This document shows positions 51,592-61,437 of a stretch of DNA of 64,000 bases, one piece after another. Location of the stretch: assembly GCA_963669435.1 (NCBI GenBank), contig OY770025.1:3445472-3509471 (forward strand), in the 5' to 3' direction. Under the pieces are notes generated by a model. The model was not told the DNA's origin and searched no databases. It saw only the letters and a program-made list of their open reading frames with translations. The first letter of the stretch is position 1, and every line of letters starts with the position of its first letter. The translations under genes and the position numbers were made by a program. The DNA comes from Halieaceae bacterium (lineage in GTDB: Bacteria > Pseudomonadota > Gammaproteobacteria > Pseudomonadales > Halieaceae).

Positions 51592-52146
51592 TTAACCGGC
51601 AGCTGCCCGTTGGAACTGTGTTTCACTTTCCCGCACATGATGCAGAGCCTTGGACATGTACTTCTCAACCATGCTTACGCTAAGCCCCATTTCTTCTGCG
51701 GTTTCCTTGTAACTTAACTCGCGGAATTTGTGGTGGAAGAAGGCGAGTTGGCACTTGTCCGGGAGATCCGAGATGGTCACGATCACATTGTTCAACTGGC
51801 GTTCTGCATCAATGCCAGCTTCAGGGGAGGCGCTGCTGAACTCGTAAGCGGTGTTGCCCTTTTCATCGATATGCTGGTCATCAAGGGAAGAAGCAACGAA
51901 CCACTTTTTCTCGTTTTGGCATCGACGCAAATAGTCGATGGCCAAATTTTGCGCAACCTGGAACAGAAATGCTCGGCCGTACTGCACCTCGTAGCCTTCA
52001 TCCGCCTTTGCGATGAGTTTCAAATAAGCATTCTGGGCGATGTCTTCGGCGTCGGAGCGGTTGTGCAGGAGTGCGGTCAATTTGTTCAGAAGAGCCGAAT
52101 ATTCTTTAATAAACAGTGAGTTAACATAGTCTTCAGTCAGTTTCAT
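51592..52146 (-). CDS. ECF (FecI-like) sigma factor, no adjacent anti-sigma gene (paralog 2)
   Basis: Collinear with the ORF at 50393: 'MKLTEDYVNSLFIKEYSALL...SDAEDIAQNAYLKL...AFLFQVAQNLAIDYLRR...LSYKETAEEMGLSVSMVEKYMSKAL'. Confidence 0.85.
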   Translation of the reverse strand: MKLTEDYVNSLFIKEYSALLNKLTALLHNRSDAEDIAQNAYLKLIAKADEGYEVQYGRAFLFQVAQNLAIDYLRRCQNEKKWFVASSLDDQHIDEKGNTAYEFSSASPEAGIDAERQLNNVIVTISDLPDKCQLAFFHHKFRELSYKETAEEMGLSVSMVEKYMSKALHHVRESETQFQRAAAG

Positions 52147-52276
52147 GGTCCACCTCGGCTTATCGCCTTTATTTAATTTGTACCAATTTACAACTTGAGT
52201 TACGAAAACTCCTCACGAATGTGCGACTGTTGCAACCAGTCCACCTTGGTGAGGCTAATTGTGCCGGTGGGCTCAA

Positions 52277-52334
52277 TTAGTCATTAGTAACTAACAACGA
52301 ATAGAATTGTAAATAGGTACAAATTATAAGTCAA
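52277..52334 (-). promoter_or_regulatory. Sigma70-like promoter plus TTAGT-N8-ACTAA operator-like site upstream of the ECF sigma gene at 52146
   Basis: On the minus strand: TTGACT (52334-52329), 17 nt, TACAAT (52311-52306), then gttgTTAGTtactaatgACTAA (52298-52277). This is 20/22 identical to 50333-50354. Confidence 0.45.
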
Positions 52335-52363
52335 GAGGTGCGGGAGGATTTTTGCTTGTGTCT

Positions 52364-53203
52364 CTACCTTTGCGTGGGTGTGCCCAGCAGCCTATCCATT
52401 GCCCTTGTAGGCAGGACGCGGGCGAGCGTACACAGTACTTTTGCGTCAAGGCCTATGCGGTAGCGTGGTTTGGGTGACGGATGTTCGGCGATATCGACCA
52501 GTTTGGCCGCAACTTTTTCGACGCTTATGGCTTTACTGTCCAATTTATTCACCATGTCTGTGTTGTGCCGATAAACATGTTCGTAGAGCGCTTTATGTTC
52601 AGCTGACAAAGTTGAGATCTGGTCGTCGAGGGCCTCGTTGTGGCCGGACAACATTTTCGATATCACGGCACCAATTTCAGCCAGAACGATGTTGAAACCC
52701 GTGCCCAGAGTTTCCCTGCGAGCTGCATCAACCAGGGCTTCCAATGCCCACTTGGACGCTGCGTAGGGGCCGACCATCGGCCCCGAGACACGCCCCCAGA
52801 GGGAACTGGATAGGACTATGTTACCTCCTGTTCCTCTGACACGGGGGATGGACTCCTGTAACACAGCGAGGCTACCCCCTGCATTTACCATCATTATTCG
52901 TTGGAAGTCCTCGAGGCTGAGCAGCTCAATTGGCTGCGGTTCCTGAATGGCGGCCGTATGGATAACGGCATCAATGGTTTCGCCGGCCAGCTTGTTGTCG
53001 ATCTCGTTGAAAGCAGCGCTGACCAAGGCGCGATCATCTGCGGACATGCGTACGAAAGAAAGCCGGTCGCTGGATGGAAAGGTATCTGCATACTCCAGTT
53101 TCCTCACCGATGCAATGACCCGGTGGCCACGCTTGAGAGCAGTATCGACAACGGCTCGTCCTATATCACCCGTTGCCCCCGTGACGACAATATTCCTGGC
53201 CAT
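52364..53203 (-). CDS. SDR family oxidoreductase (paralog group A)
   Basis: ATG 53203 (MARNIVVTGATGDIGRAV...). 'NIVLSSSLWGRVSGPMVGPYAASKWALEALVDAARRETLGTGF'. The listed 5' extension would overlap the WS/DGAT gene. Confidence 0.85.
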   Translation of the reverse strand: MARNIVVTGATGDIGRAVVDTALKRGHRVIASVRKLEYADTFPSSDRLSFVRMSADDRALVSAAFNEIDNKLAGETIDAVIHTAAIQEPQPIELLSLEDFQRIMMVNAGGSLAVLQESIPRVRGTGGNIVLSSSLWGRVSGPMVGPYAASKWALEALVDAARRETLGTGFNIVLAEIGAVISKMLSGHNEALDDQISTLSAEHKALYEHVYRHNTDMVNKLDSKAISVEKVAAKLVDIAEHPSPKPRYRIGLDAKVLCTLARVLPTRAMDRLLGTPTQR

Positions 53204-53258
53204 GGCTAGCCTACCCTGATTACTGGCAAATGGGACGTGGTGGTCGCTTCTGGCAAGG

Positions 53259-54698
53259 TCATGCCGACTTCCTCTTTTTCCTGGCGGGGCTGCGTGGTAC
53301 ACAGAGTTGCACCATTTCACCGTAGGACTCGACCAGGCATTGCTCGTAGAACTCGGGATCTGGCAGCATCATCCTGTCAGCGGAAATGCCGAAGCTGATC
53401 GTATCGCAATAGGAATTGACTGCATGGCAGAGGCCCAGGCCGTCGAGGTTGGGGGCGATACCGTAAAACTCCATCATCTTCGCCCCGTTGAGATACAGGG
53501 GCTCCCGGGAGCCGGGCACATTGGTTACCAGCGTATTCACCGGAATCTTGGCACCGAGGCCTATCCCCGTGGCAACTCGCGCGCCCAGGGACATGAGAGC
53601 TGCAGGCATGGCTTGTGCCGCGTCGGTCATGGTCTTGGCGCCGATCGCCTTTTGATAGGCCTTGGTGTAAATAGCGCTCTCATGTACGGCGTCTAGTCTT
53701 TCCACGGGATTCTCGATTGATGTGTGCATGATCAGTGAAGTGATGGAGACGAGATTCCCCTCCACATGTTTTTCGCTGTTGTCGCGAATGTTGATAGGCA
53801 TCATGGTAACCAGGTCCTCCTCCGGCAGGTCACCCTTCGCTAGTAGATAGCGACGCATGGCCCCTGCGGTCAAGGTTACGATGACGTCGTTTACCGTTGC
53901 CCCCTCGACAGCGGATTTCATCTTGCGGATCATGTTCAGGTCGAATACTTTAGTAATGAGTACGCGATGTGGTGAAACCTTGGCATTGAAGCGTGTCTCC
54001 ACGAACTCGTGATCTGCATGCTCAGGGAAGTTATGTTTAAAGTCTCGTCCCCGTTGCAGGGCGGGGAGGGTTTTCTTGGCGACTTTGGCTATTTCCCAGG
54101 GACGTTTTAACAGCTTCACATAACCCTTTCCGACCATCTCGGCGACGCTAGGAGAATCTTCTCCCTGCCATTCGTCCCTGGGTATCTTAGGTTTTTGCCC
54201 ATTCAGGGAGTCGTGAATTGACCAGATCAATTGATGCCCTGTATCTCCGTCGATCGCCGCGTGATGCACGCGAACGAGTACGGCGAAGCTGCCTTCAGGC
54301 AGGCCGTCTACATTGTCTAGCCCCTCGATGACATAAACGTCCCACAGGGGGCGACTGAGTCTCATGGGATGCCCGTGGAGGCGGGATACCAATATGTTAA
54401 GTTGCCGGCGGTCGCCCGGCTTGGGTAGCGCTATATGCCGTACGTGATACTCGATATCAAAGTCCGGGTCCTCGACCCAGTAGGGCTCATCGAGGTCGAG
54501 CGGCACCCGTACCAACTTACGTCTCAGGATGGGCGCCAGGGGGAGCCGCTCCTGGAATGTTGCCAGAATGTCCTTGAACCGAACCAGGCCGCCGGGCGCG
54601 GTGCTCTGATCGTAGAACGCCAGCATGCTGACATGCATAGGTACGCGATTGCTTTCTGTGTATATGAATACTGAATCTATGGGGCTTAATTGCTTCAT
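53259..54698 (-). CDS. Wax ester synthase / acyl-CoA:diacylglycerol acyltransferase (WS/DGAT) family
   Basis: Active-site 'VRVHHAAIDGDTG' (HHxxxDG). N-terminal 'LSPIDSVFIY.E....PMHV'. 479 aa. Confidence 0.85.
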   Translation of the reverse strand: MKQLSPIDSVFIYTESNRVPMHVSMLAFYDQSTAPGGLVRFKDILATFQERLPLAPILRRKLVRVPLDLDEPYWVEDPDFDIEYHVRHIALPKPGDRRQLNILVSRLHGHPMRLSRPLWDVYVIEGLDNVDGLPEGSFAVLVRVHHAAIDGDTGHQLIWSIHDSLNGQKPKIPRDEWQGEDSPSVAEMVGKGYVKLLKRPWEIAKVAKKTLPALQRGRDFKHNFPEHADHEFVETRFNAKVSPHRVLITKVFDLNMIRKMKSAVEGATVNDVIVTLTAGAMRRYLLAKGDLPEEDLVTMMPINIRDNSEKHVEGNLVSITSLIMHTSIENPVERLDAVHESAIYTKAYQKAIGAKTMTDAAQAMPAALMSLGARVATGIGLGAKIPVNTLVTNVPGSREPLYLNGAKMMEFYGIAPNLDGLGLCHAVNSYCDTISFGISADRMMLPDPEFYEQCLVESYGEMVQLCVPRSPARKKRKSA

Positions 54699-54727
54699 TA
54701 CGTTACCTTGAATGTATGTGTTACGTG

Positions 54728-55582
54728 TTAGTGATCGACCAGGTCGTTGGTGTATAGCTTGTCCTGCATGCGATCTGGCAGGTTGGCGATAACCTTGGAG
54801 AGCAGGGTAGGTTGGATGCCACAGAAGTAGCGCGTCTTGGGCGATCTTTCAGTTAACGCCCGGTAGATATCCTCGGCGACCCGCTCGGGTGTCACCCCCA
54901 CCTTTGCACCGGCGCCAATCAGCTTGGAATGAATTCTGTACAGTGATTCGTATTTACTCGCCAGCGGACCCTCTAGTTCCCTGCCAGCCTCAAGCGCCTC
55001 TGCCGCGAGGTTCTCTGACATGGGTGTTTTGATGGCGGCCGGGATGACCAGGGATACGGGGATTTTCCACGGGTCCAGCTCTTGGCGTAAGGTATCGACA
55101 GTCGCCTCAACAGCATGTTTGCTGCCACTGTAAGCGCCCAACAATGGCATTACGACCGACCCGGCTGTCGAGCCAACCCAGACGATTCGTCCCTTTGATT
55201 TTCTCAGCAGTGGAATGGTCTTGCGTATTATCGAGATATTGCTGAACAAATTGATCTGGTACATGCGCTTGATTTCTTCATCGGTCGAGAACTCGAGCGC
55301 CTTGGGAGTTGTCACTCCGGCGCACAGTACCACCCCGTGCAGCCTGGGCAACGACAGTTTATCCAGGGCATCAAGCAATTGGCCCCCGCACTGCTCATCA
55401 GCCAGGTCTGCAAGGATAGCGTGGTGGCAGAGCCTGTTGGATTCGAGTGCTTTCACTTGTTTTTTACTGCGGCAGGTGGCGAAGACTTTATAGCTGCCAT
55501 CATCCATCAGTTTCCTTGCGACCGCCTCACCGACGCCGCCCGTCACACCTGTCACTACCACGTTTTTGGCTCGCATATTCAT
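54728..55582 (-). CDS. SDR family oxidoreductase (284-aa type)
   Basis: 'VVVTGVTGGVGEAVARKL', 'YSGSKHAVEATV'. The start overlaps the patatin gene stop (ATGA). Confidence 0.8.
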   Translation of the reverse strand: MNMRAKNVVVTGVTGGVGEAVARKLMDDGSYKVFATCRSKKQVKALESNRLCHHAILADLADEQCGGQLLDALDKLSLPRLHGVVLCAGVTTPKALEFSTDEEIKRMYQINLFSNISIIRKTIPLLRKSKGRIVWVGSTAGSVVMPLLGAYSGSKHAVEATVDTLRQELDPWKIPVSLVIPAAIKTPMSENLAAEALEAGRELEGPLASKYESLYRIHSKLIGAGAKVGVTPERVAEDIYRALTERSPKTRYFCGIQPTLLSKVIANLPDRMQDKLYTNDLVDH

Positions 55583-57018
55583 CCTCTGGAGTTGGTCCTG
55601 CGTCTAACGATGTCATCCAGTGTGCTGCTTATCCTGGTGCAGTTGCGGATCATCTCGATTTTTTGCCAGGTAGCCTGTTCGCCGGCGTTAATGATCTTGT
55701 TTATTGTGTCGTCGCTGACTTGCCCAAGGCTTTTCCATGGCCTAACGAAGCCCAGGGGAGGAACGATGTTTATGTTGCCTTCATATTCCTGCAGCCAAAC
55801 GGAGGCCAGGCTATTCACCGAATAGCGAAGCACAGGGCGATGCTTTCCATAGCGCTCCACTGCTTTCTCGGCCCAGGTCATAAAAATCTTGGAGGAGTGA
55901 TGCCACATCTCAAAAACATCGCGAGCAAGCGTGGTCTTTTTTGCTTGGTCGGCCAGAGCTGCCATCGCGAAGGGGTTGACCTGGCTGACAATGAAATTGT
56001 TACAGCCGTAGAGGCGCGAGAGTCTTCGGCTTGGAATATCGGAGCTCAGCGACCCATCCACCCAGAGATGGCCGGGAAGATACGATTGCGTCTTCCCGTC
56101 TTCTGTTTTCGCGGTCAGTTCAACCGGCGGGTAGATGCCGGGTACCGCGCAGGAAGCCATCACAGCAGAACGGACATGGACATTGGGCGAGGTAACCGCA
56201 TTCATCAGGCGGGAGGGCTGATTGAGCTCCGCCGGCGAGATACTGATATTCAGGTTAATACCGGTCAGTTCATAAGCCTCCTGAAAGGTCAGGTCTGGAA
56301 TGACCCGCTCGAAATGTTCTATCAGTTCGCTCAGTTCAAATTTGGGAATAAACTCCTTGAGTTTTTGACTTATTGACCTGCGCTGGTACTGCGGCCCGAT
56401 CTGTAGACTGGAAGGGTCAAAATACTGCTCCAGTTCGTCCTTTGGGTGTGTCGCTACGATAGCGGCCATCATCGATCCTGCGCTCGATCCGGAGATGGTG
56501 GTGGGCAACAGATCCTGTTCTATCAGTGCTTTGAGCACTCCAACGTGAAAGTTTCCGTAAACGCCCCCGCCGCTCAGGCTCAGTGCGGTGTGGCCGTAAC
56601 AGCGCTGCGCACGAATGAAAAAATCCAGCTTCTCCGTTTCCGGGACCCTCTCGTCCTGGATGCCGTCCAGGTAGATCAACGAGTCATCTATCTCCTCGAT
56701 GTACTGCTCAATGAGATGCTTGGTGCCAAATTTAGAGCGGTTGTACAGCTCTGCATTGCCGATTCCACACATGTTTCCATGCACGCCTTCATTGAGGGCA
56801 TAGAGCAGACCATGATTGTCTTTTGAACTGCGCAAGGCGCGCAGTTGGTAGAGCCGCTCACGGATGGCTGAATAGTCGTAAAGTCGGGTGGAATCGGCAC
56901 CTCTCCAGTCTTCCATGCCGGAGGTCTGGTCGTGCAACCTGGCCGCTTCCGACCAATCCGTGTAGGTCTTTGCAGCAGTAGTAGAGCAAATGTTGTCAGA
57001 TCGAAGTGGAAACCGCAT
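55579..57018 (-). CDS. Patatin-like phospholipase / triacylglycerol lipase-like protein
   Basis: Oxyanion 'LSLSGGGVYGNFHVGVLKAL', nucleophile elbow 'ISGSSAGS' (GxSxG), and downstream 'VDGS' (catalytic Asp region). Confidence 0.85.
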   Translation of the reverse strand: MRFPLRSDNICSTTAAKTYTDWSEAARLHDQTSGMEDWRGADSTRLYDYSAIRERLYQLRALRSSKDNHGLLYALNEGVHGNMCGIGNAELYNRSKFGTKHLIEQYIEEIDDSLIYLDGIQDERVPETEKLDFFIRAQRCYGHTALSLSGGGVYGNFHVGVLKALIEQDLLPTTISGSSAGSMMAAIVATHPKDELEQYFDPSSLQIGPQYQRRSISQKLKEFIPKFELSELIEHFERVIPDLTFQEAYELTGINLNISISPAELNQPSRLMNAVTSPNVHVRSAVMASCAVPGIYPPVELTAKTEDGKTQSYLPGHLWVDGSLSSDIPSRRLSRLYGCNNFIVSQVNPFAMAALADQAKKTTLARDVFEMWHHSSKIFMTWAEKAVERYGKHRPVLRYSVNSLASVWLQEYEGNINIVPPLGFVRPWKSLGQVSDDTINKIINAGEQATWQKIEMIRNCTRISSTLDDIVRRRTNSRG

Positions 57019-57142
57019 CGATGATCAGTCCTGTTACACGTTAGACCTACGTCCGGGAGTGGGGTAGGCACCTCTATAGCAAGACGATTCGTGAGCGCGG
57101 CTACCTCAGTTGATGAATGGCGGCAGATTCACTATTGGGGGG

Positions 57143-57179
57143 CTGGATTGCAGGGGGCCGTGAGCCCCCTGCAATCCAG
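57143..57179. terminator. Strong 16-bp perfect hairpin downstream of TBDR 57194..59506 (no U-tract)
   Basis: CTGGATTGCAGGGGGC cgtga GCCCCCTGCAATCCAG. It lies 15 nt past the TBDR stop (minus strand) and upstream of the patatin gene. Confidence 0.45.
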
Positions 57180-57193
57180 AAGTGTGGGAGAAA

Positions 57194-59506
57194 TCAGTCG
57201 AATGAATAGGTCAGGGAGATACCGAGGGTTCGAGGACGGTTGACGTACTCGTTCACGGTAACGTCACCCGCCGTTTGTGACGCCTGTACCTCGATCTCAT
57301 TGGTGGCGTTGGTGACAAAGAGCGTCGCTGCATAGGTGTCGGATTCCAGGCCCAAGCGCAGGTTCAGTAATCCCAGTTCCTCGAGCTCTGATGCGGGTAC
57401 GTTGGTTGCTGAGCCAAACCGTTCCCCGATGTACTGGTAGTCAGCCCTGTAGGTGACATCCAGGCCATTGTCACCCATGGGAATACGTCCATCCAGCCCC
57501 AGGGAGTAGGTGTATTCGGGCACACCGGGCATTTCGTTGCCTGATTCGATGCCGCCCAGCGGAACGTCGTCCTGGTATTCGCCGTGGGTATAATTTCCGT
57601 TCAGGAAAAGGCTCAATGTATCCGTGGCAAGCCAGAAGAGTTCAAATTCAACGCCGTAGGTCTCGGCATCTGTCTCGTTGGAGATGTAAACGGGGTTGCC
57701 AATAGGCGTTTGGATGTCCTCCCACTCATTGAAGAAAATGGCGCCGTTTGCCGTCAACCGGCCGTCGGCTAGCGTGCTCTTCAGGCCAATTTCATAAGAG
57801 TCCACCAAGTCTTCGTCGTAGGTGATGGTGGCAGCAAATACTGCCTCATCCAGCGGTCGGGTCCCGCTCCCGGTTGCGTTTTGGAGAGCGGAGATAGGGG
57901 CGTTGATGTTTCCGCTGCGAATGCCGCGAGCGGCATTGGCGTAAAGCAGGATGTCATCACCCAGATCCAACTCGAGCGCGAGGCGCGGCAACCATTCTTT
58001 AACCTCGAAATCGAATGTTGTATCCAGTCCCAATGCAGCAAAGAGTGGTCCGTAGACTACCGGGAACACCGGATTGAAATTGGTGGCCGAGGGGAGGTTG
58101 ATTACCCCTGCCTCGTCGAGATTTGTCTCCAGTTCCTCGTCGACATAACGAACCCCCGCAATGACGCGAAAGCTGTCTGTCAGTTCAGCGGTAAATTCTA
58201 CAAATGCAGACAACTGCTCGGACTCGTATAACGTGTCGCCCGCAAACAAAACCGGCGAGTTCATGAATGTATAGGGCGCTATCCCGGGTGAGATAGCCGC
58301 CTGGTTAGAGGTGAACTCGTTGTCCTGGTAATAGAGGCCGCTGGTAAAGTTCAGCATTCCGTCGAGATTACTGATCAGGCGAAACTCCTGGGTAAAGTTT
58401 TCATCCTTGGCGTACAGGGACCGAAAGGTGGTGGGGTCCTCCAGGGGGTTGCCGATTATCTGACCAATAGCGCCATAAGTGGCCACGACGATACCGCTCA
58501 GTCCTGCATCATAGAGCTGGCTATCGGTCTCACGCTCATAGTGCCCGGTGATTGAGCTAAGTGTGTAGTCACTGAAGTTGTAATCGACGACAAGACTATA
58601 CAGGTCGAAGTTGTCTTCTGTCTCTGCCGATATCGGGTTGGCGAGGACCAGGTCAGATGGGTCGCTCCCTGGGGTGATTTCCCAGCGATCACCAAGGTCA
58701 GAGTCTTCAGTCTGATAGCCAAAATCGATGGACAGGTTTTCTGTCGGTTGGTACAGCAGTCGAATGCGTCCTCCGCTATTTTCATAGTGATTGACCTCAT
58801 CTTCGCCATTTACGACGTTGTCTATGAAGCCGTCATCGTCGCGGTAAAATCCTGATACCCTCACCCCCAGGGTGTCTTCAATCAGGGTTGTTCCGGCGGC
58901 GCCTTGTATCAACCATGAATCACCGCCATCGTCGAAATTTGAGTAGGTAGCGTTAATGCGACCGTCAAATTCGCCATTGCGATCCAGGCTGGGCTTGGTA
59001 GAAAAGTAGCGAATAGTGCCCCCCACAGATCCCTCTCCAAACAGTGTGGGCTGGGGGCCGCGCAGGATTTCGACCCTGTCGAGATCGAACAGGTTGAAGC
59101 TTCTCTGGTTTGCATTGTTTGTTGTCACCGCAATCTCGTCCAAGTACATGGTGACGACAGGATTTGCGGTAAGTGTGTCAGCCAGACCAGCGCTTACGGC
59201 CTTTGATACGCCTCTAATGGAAACTTCGTTCTGGTTCGGGGACCTGTTCTGTAAATCCAGGCCGACGGTCCTGTAGGCGATATCCTGAAAACTGATCATC
59301 CCTGACTTTTCCATCTGGTCCCCGGAGAATCCTTTAATACTGGCTCCGATATCCTGTGCGCTTTCCTGCCTGAAGCGTGCGGTGACCAGGATCTCCTCCA
59401 GTAACGGTTGCTCGGATTCCTGTGCAACACTGGGCGGGGCAGCAACGCCCAGGGCCAGGCTGCCTAGGATTCCTGCGCGGATGCTGAGTGCGATTGAGTG
59501 TTTCAT
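57194..59506 (-). CDS. TonB-dependent receptor
   Basis: ATG 59506 with GGGAGA RBS. Signal peptide MKHSIALSIRAGILGSLALGVAAPPSVAQ, TonB box 'EEILVTA', plug 'RVEILRGPQPTLFGEGSVGGTIRY'. Ends '...LTYSFD'. Confidence 0.9.
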   Translation of the reverse strand: MKHSIALSIRAGILGSLALGVAAPPSVAQESEQPLLEEILVTARFRQESAQDIGASIKGFSGDQMEKSGMISFQDIAYRTVGLDLQNRSPNQNEVSIRGVSKAVSAGLADTLTANPVVTMYLDEIAVTTNNANQRSFNLFDLDRVEILRGPQPTLFGEGSVGGTIRYFSTKPSLDRNGEFDGRINATYSNFDDGGDSWLIQGAAGTTLIEDTLGVRVSGFYRDDDGFIDNVVNGEDEVNHYENSGGRIRLLYQPTENLSIDFGYQTEDSDLGDRWEITPGSDPSDLVLANPISAETEDNFDLYSLVVDYNFSDYTLSSITGHYERETDSQLYDAGLSGIVVATYGAIGQIIGNPLEDPTTFRSLYAKDENFTQEFRLISNLDGMLNFTSGLYYQDNEFTSNQAAISPGIAPYTFMNSPVLFAGDTLYESEQLSAFVEFTAELTDSFRVIAGVRYVDEELETNLDEAGVINLPSATNFNPVFPVVYGPLFAALGLDTTFDFEVKEWLPRLALELDLGDDILLYANAARGIRSGNINAPISALQNATGSGTRPLDEAVFAATITYDEDLVDSYEIGLKSTLADGRLTANGAIFFNEWEDIQTPIGNPVYISNETDAETYGVEFELFWLATDTLSLFLNGNYTHGEYQDDVPLGGIESGNEMPGVPEYTYSLGLDGRIPMGDNGLDVTYRADYQYIGERFGSATNVPASELEELGLLNLRLGLESDTYAATLFVTNATNEIEVQASQTAGDVTVNEYVNRPRTLGISLTYSFD

Positions 59507-59526
59507 AATTTTCTCCCGTTGGGTTT

Positions 59527-60588
59527 TTATATTTGGTCGCAATGATCAAGATAGAGGTCGTTCGTGCTCCGCTCCAGGCCTCCTGTCAAGGGGCGGCGAT
59601 TGAACACTTCTACGCAAGTGCGATAGAGCTTTTCTTTGGGTTTGGGTGTTTCCAGTGTCTGCAGCCAGTCTACGATCTTGTCAATAGCCAGGTTGGTTTC
59701 CGGTATGAAGGGCTTGAGCATGAATACGTGTGGCAGGCCTCGCCAAATGTGTACATTGGCGCGCACGCCGTGTTCGATAGCCTTTTTTACCGCCCCCACA
59801 CTATCGTCCACCAGTACTTCGATACTGCCCACTACAAAGAGCAATGGTGGAAAACCGGCGTAGTTGCCGTAAACGGGGGAGGCTATCGGGTCGATCGGGC
59901 TGCTTCCCTGCAGGTAGTGTCTGGCGGGATTCACTACTGCATTGAGCGGATAAATAGGATCTGATTTCGTATTCAGGCGCCAGGTAGCGCTGATCTGCGC
60001 AAAATCGATCACCGGCGATAGCATGACCGCTGCGCCAGGCATCTCCAGATTGTTGCGCTTGATCAGGTGAATCAGGCTCAGCGCCAGGTTGCCGCCAGCG
60101 GAGTCGCCCATGACCACAATGTCTTTGGCCTTGTGACCGCTCTCCAGCAGGTAGCGATAGGCCAGCAGGCAGTCTTCGGGCGCCGCCGGGAACGGATCTT
60201 CAGGCGCCAGCCGATACCAGGGGAGAAAGGCGTTTGCATCGCAGGCGGCACAAATTTGTGCCACCATGCTGCTGTGACTATTGGGAAGCCGCAGGACAAA
60301 TGCTCCGCCATGTAAATACAGGATGGTGCGTTTTGCGCCCGTGTACTTGATCCAACGTCCGGGCCGGGGATCGTCTTGATCCTGTAACGTTATACCGTCG
60401 GGGATGTTCCCCAATTTGTCCATCACGGCGAGGTTTTCACGCTGCTTGCGCACATCCCCGAGATCCTTTGATTTCAACTTCATGAAAAGCCGCGTTGCGG
60501 CCACTAGCAGGCGGGATCGCATACTCGCCATAGGGTTTTGCCCATCCCTGGTTATTCTATACTTAGTATATGGACGCTCCGGACACAC
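59527..60588 (-). CDS. Alpha/beta hydrolase (hormone-sensitive-lipase-type esterase/lipase)
   Basis: 'LYLHGGAFVL' (HGG oxyanion motif), 'VMGDSAGGNLA' (GDSAG nucleophile). GTG 60588 has GAGGG 5 nt upstream. Confidence 0.8.
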   Translation of the reverse strand: MCPERPYTKYRITRDGQNPMASMRSRLLVAATRLFMKLKSKDLGDVRKQRENLAVMDKLGNIPDGITLQDQDDPRPGRWIKYTGAKRTILYLHGGAFVLRLPNSHSSMVAQICAACDANAFLPWYRLAPEDPFPAAPEDCLLAYRYLLESGHKAKDIVVMGDSAGGNLALSLIHLIKRNNLEMPGAAVMLSPVIDFAQISATWRLNTKSDPIYPLNAVVNPARHYLQGSSPIDPIASPVYGNYAGFPPLLFVVGSIEVLVDDSVGAVKKAIEHGVRANVHIWRGLPHVFMLKPFIPETNLAIDKIVDWLQTLETPKPKEKLYRTCVEVFNRRPLTGGLERSTNDLYLDHCDQI

Positions 60589-60657
60589 TAATCCCTCAGT
60601 CGTTTTGAGGAAAATTTAGTGAATATTACCGAAACTGCATGAAATGGTTTCGTACCG

Positions 60658-61425
60658 CTAACCTGCGGTATACCCGCCATCCACGGGGATGGCCACTCCC
60701 GTGATATAGGCTGCGCCACTGGAGGTGAGCCACATAACCACGTTAGCGATTTCCTTCGGCTCCGCCAGGCGTGCAAGCGGGGTGCGAGATATCAGGGCCT
60801 CCCTGGCTCTGGGATTGAGCGAGTCCTGTGCCATAGGGGTCATGACAAAGCCTGGACATACGGCGTTAACACGGATGTTGTCGCGGGCGTGGTCCAGCGC
60901 TGCGGAGCGGGTCAGGCCAACAACCGCATGCTTGGATGCACTGTATGCGGGAACCTTGTGGCCCCCGCGCAAGCCCATAATTGAAGCGTTGTTGACCACC
61001 GCGCCTCCTGTGCCCAGGTCGCGCATCGCCTTGATTTCCGACTGTAAGCAGTTGAACAGGCCACCAACATTGATCTCCAGGACTTTGCGCCACTCATCTC
61101 CCTGGTAGTCAGCAGTTGGGGTCATGCTGCCCATGATGGCTGCATTATTGAAGGCGATATCCAGGCGCTTAAAATTTTCGATCGCAGATTGCACCATGGC
61201 ATCACAGTCCTGTGCACTGGAGATATCGGCCTGGACAAAAACCGCCTCACCGCCCTGATTGTTGATCCGTTGAGCCAGATTGTTGCCGGCTTCGGCGGAG
61301 ACATCTGCGAGAACAACTGCAGCGCCGGCGCTGGCAAATTGCAGGGCAGTGGTTTCACCGATACCCGACGCGGCCCCGGTGACCAGGGCGACCTGTCCGG
61401 AGAAATCAAACTGGGGATTAGACAT
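60658..61425 (-). CDS. SDR family oxidoreductase (classical)
   Basis: 'VALVTGAASGIGETTA', 'NNAA', 'YSASKHAVVGLT', 'IRVNAVCPG'. Confidence 0.9.
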   Translation of the reverse strand: MSNPQFDFSGQVALVTGAASGIGETTALQFASAGAAVVLADVSAEAGNNLAQRINNQGGEAVFVQADISSAQDCDAMVQSAIENFKRLDIAFNNAAIMGSMTPTADYQGDEWRKVLEINVGGLFNCLQSEIKAMRDLGTGGAVVNNASIMGLRGGHKVPAYSASKHAVVGLTRSAALDHARDNIRVNAVCPGFVMTPMAQDSLNPRAREALISRTPLARLAEPKEIANVVMWLTSSGAAYITGVAIPVDGGYTAG

Positions 61426-61437
61426 TAGCTTGCGGGT

